NCBI GenBank assembly: GCA_963823655.1
Contig: CAWGMK010000013.1
Coordinates: forward strand, 320,001 to 384,000
Direction: 5' to 3'
Source: an uncultured Bacillota bacterium
Lineage (GTDB): Bacteria > Bacillota > DTU025 > MWDF01
DNA: 64,000 nt
Part shown: positions 62,131 to 64,000 of the stretch, one piece after another
Layout of the letters: every line of letters begins with the position of its first letter
How positions within the stretch are numbered: position 1 is the first letter of the stretch
Made by a program: the position numbers and the translations under genes
Notes under the pieces: model-generated
Database searches by the model: none
What the model was told of the DNA's origin: nothing
The model's input: only the letters and a program-made list of their open reading frames with translations

Positions 62131-63506
62131 CCTCGCCCTCCTTGAGGCGTTCTGCCATAATCCTTGTAGCCTTCCAGATGTCGCCGGCGCCCATTGTAAC
62201 TACCGTATCTCCCCTTCTGGCGATGGAAAGCGCCCAAACGGCCGCGGCCTCGGCGCCTTCCGCGAAGTCCACAGTGCTCCCTCTGACCATGGAAATCCTT
62301 CCGGCCAGCACTCTTCCGTTGACCCCTTCTATGGGCTCCTCACCGGTGCCTTTGTAGTAGACTTCCGTCACAAGCAGGTAATCGGCGTCGGAGAAAGCCG
62401 TGGCGAACCGGTCCATAAGCAGCTTGGTCCTTGAGAACCTCTGTGGCTGGAAGATAGCGATAAGCCTTCCTGGCGTCGCGGATTTAAGAGCTGACAGGGT
62501 CGCCTTTACTTCTTCGGGATGGTGGGCGTAGTCATCGATCACTTCGATGCCGGCCGAAACCGATATCCTCTGGCATCTCCTGTCCGCGCCTTTATAGGCA
62601 AAAATGCCATCCCTGATCTTGTCGAAGGGCACGCCTATTTCCAAAGCCACGGCGGCCGCCCCCAAAGCGTTTGCTATGTTGTGCATGCCCGGCACTGCCA
62701 GCTTGAGCCTTCCCAGGGCAGCCCCGTGCTGAATTACCGTAAACTCCGAGCCGAAGCCCGAAACGACGACGTCCTTTGAGCCATAGCCGTTCGCCTCCGT
62801 CAGCCCGTAGCGTACCGTTTTGCATGTGGCCTTTTGCGCGGCCTCAACGGCGTCCGGAGAATTCTGAACATACAACTAGCAAGCCATCCTGCCTGATGCT
62901 TGCCGAATATGAGCCGAATGCTTCCTTGATGGCCTCATAAGTGCCGTAGTGGTCCCTGTGGTCATCGTCGACATTGGTGATTATCGCAGCATAGGGCCTG
63001 AGCTTTAGAAATGTGCCGTAGGCTTCGTCAGCCTCCACTACCATGTAGGGACCGGCCCCATACCTGCCTCCTGTGGGCATATCGGGAAGCCCGGAGCCCA
63101 CTAGAGCCATTGGGTCTAATCCTGCCTCTATGAGTATGTATGTAAGCATTGCCGTGGTGGTCGTCTTGCCATGTGTGCCTGTGACTCCAATCCCGCAAGT
63201 CGAGTTGAAGAGCATGGCCAGCAGGTCGGCCCTTGGCAGCACCTTTATACCAAGCCTTCTTGCCTCACTCAGCTCCGGATCATCCTCTGGCACGGCATTC
63301 GAGTAAATCACAGCCGTGGATGAGGCGATTCCTTCCGGGTTGTGCCCGAGCCAGACCTGCGCGCCCATCCCTTCCAGCTCCCTGAGCCCGGCGCTGTCCT
63401 TGATGTCCGAACCGGAGACCTGGTTTCCCAGCTTGAGGAGTATGGCCGCCAGCGGCCTCATGCCGTAGCCTCCAGCGCCTATGAAATGCACCCTGCCTTC
63501 TATCAT
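62120..63506 (-). CDS. murC: MurC (frameshift near 62860)
   Basis: HFIGAGGYGM, GTHGKTTT, EADE, DDYAHHP and MGAGD motifs. Confidence 0.95.
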
Positions 63507-64000
63507 CAGGCATTGCCCCCTTTCATATGGCGCAGGACAAGCTCTGCGACCGCAGGCGCTGCCGCCGGCATGGCAAGGGCTAACGCTGCCTCAGACATTC
63601 GTTTGAGCCTCGCCGGATCTGCCAGGAGGCCGTCAGCAGCGCTTTTCAAAGCAGCGCCGCCTAAAGCGTCGTTTTCTATCATTACCGCAGCTCCGGCCCC
63701 TTGCATGGCCGATGCGTTCTTCCGCTGGACATCATCGGGTACAATGGGTGCGGTATTAGTATCGAAGGAAGGCCCTTCGCCGTTATCTCAGCGAGAGTCA
63801 AAGCCCCCGAGCGGCTGACTACCAGATCGCAAACGGCAAGCGCCGAGCCCATATCATGCAGGTAGGGCACTATATAGAACTTGTGGCCCTTCTTTTCGAA
63901 GCTGTCAGCGAAAGGCAGTCCCTTCGACTTAGCCTCCACGGCTGAAGCGGTGAAGTTGGACTTTCCGGTGGCAAGAATCACCCTTATATCGTCATCAACG
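63506..64000 (-). CDS. murG: MurG, 3' part (partial, frameshifted)
   Basis: [11 protein letters not shown]...GLPSILIP motif; upstream of murC. Confidence 0.9.

Noticed and set aside
123-63818. Numerous long plus-strand ORFs antisense to housekeeping genes
   Set aside because: They are Ser/Pro/Arg-rich shadow frames typical of GC-rich coding DNA, with no recognisable motifs.
1-64000. CRISPR arrays, IS elements, prophage, tRNA or rRNA genes
   Set aside because: None were recognised. The repeats found are intragenic protein repeats and short hairpins.

Overview
A mostly minus-strand core-chromosome segment from a moderately GC-rich Bacillota (Firmicutes)-type bacterium that appears to have an outer membrane (secretin, ExbB/ExbD/TonB). 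Read from the right, it holds: the dcw/ylm cluster (murG-murC-murB-ftsQ-ftsA-ftsZ-...-divIVA-lspA-lgt-rluD-purB); rqcH; yicC-mihF-gmk-rpoZ-coaBC; a complete type IVa pilus locus; efp-asp23-nusB-xseAB-ispA; an OLE RNA with oapA; dxs-tlyA-nadK-argR-recN; an exbB-exbD-tonB operon; a triheme cytochrome c; dapF-dapL; and miaB-mutS-mutL. About 20 genes, including essential ones, are split by single-base frameshifts, which I read as sequencing errors and reconstructed by hand. The most unusual items are: (1) a ~1470-aa secretin with an N0 domain plus 16 tandem N-domain repeats; (2) an ExbB/ExbD/TonB motor co-operonic with a secreted Ig/cohesin-like protein and a ~745-aa SLH-coiled-coil-TM (Omp-alpha-like) tether rather than a TonB-dependent receptor; (3) a free-standing, catalytically degenerate Hint/intein-fold gene directly after ftsZ; (4) an actinobacterial-type IHF at the usual remA position; (5) sigmaH-like promoters in the pilus locus while sporulation genes are missing from three canonical sites. 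All calls come from visual motif recognition; no database searches were run.
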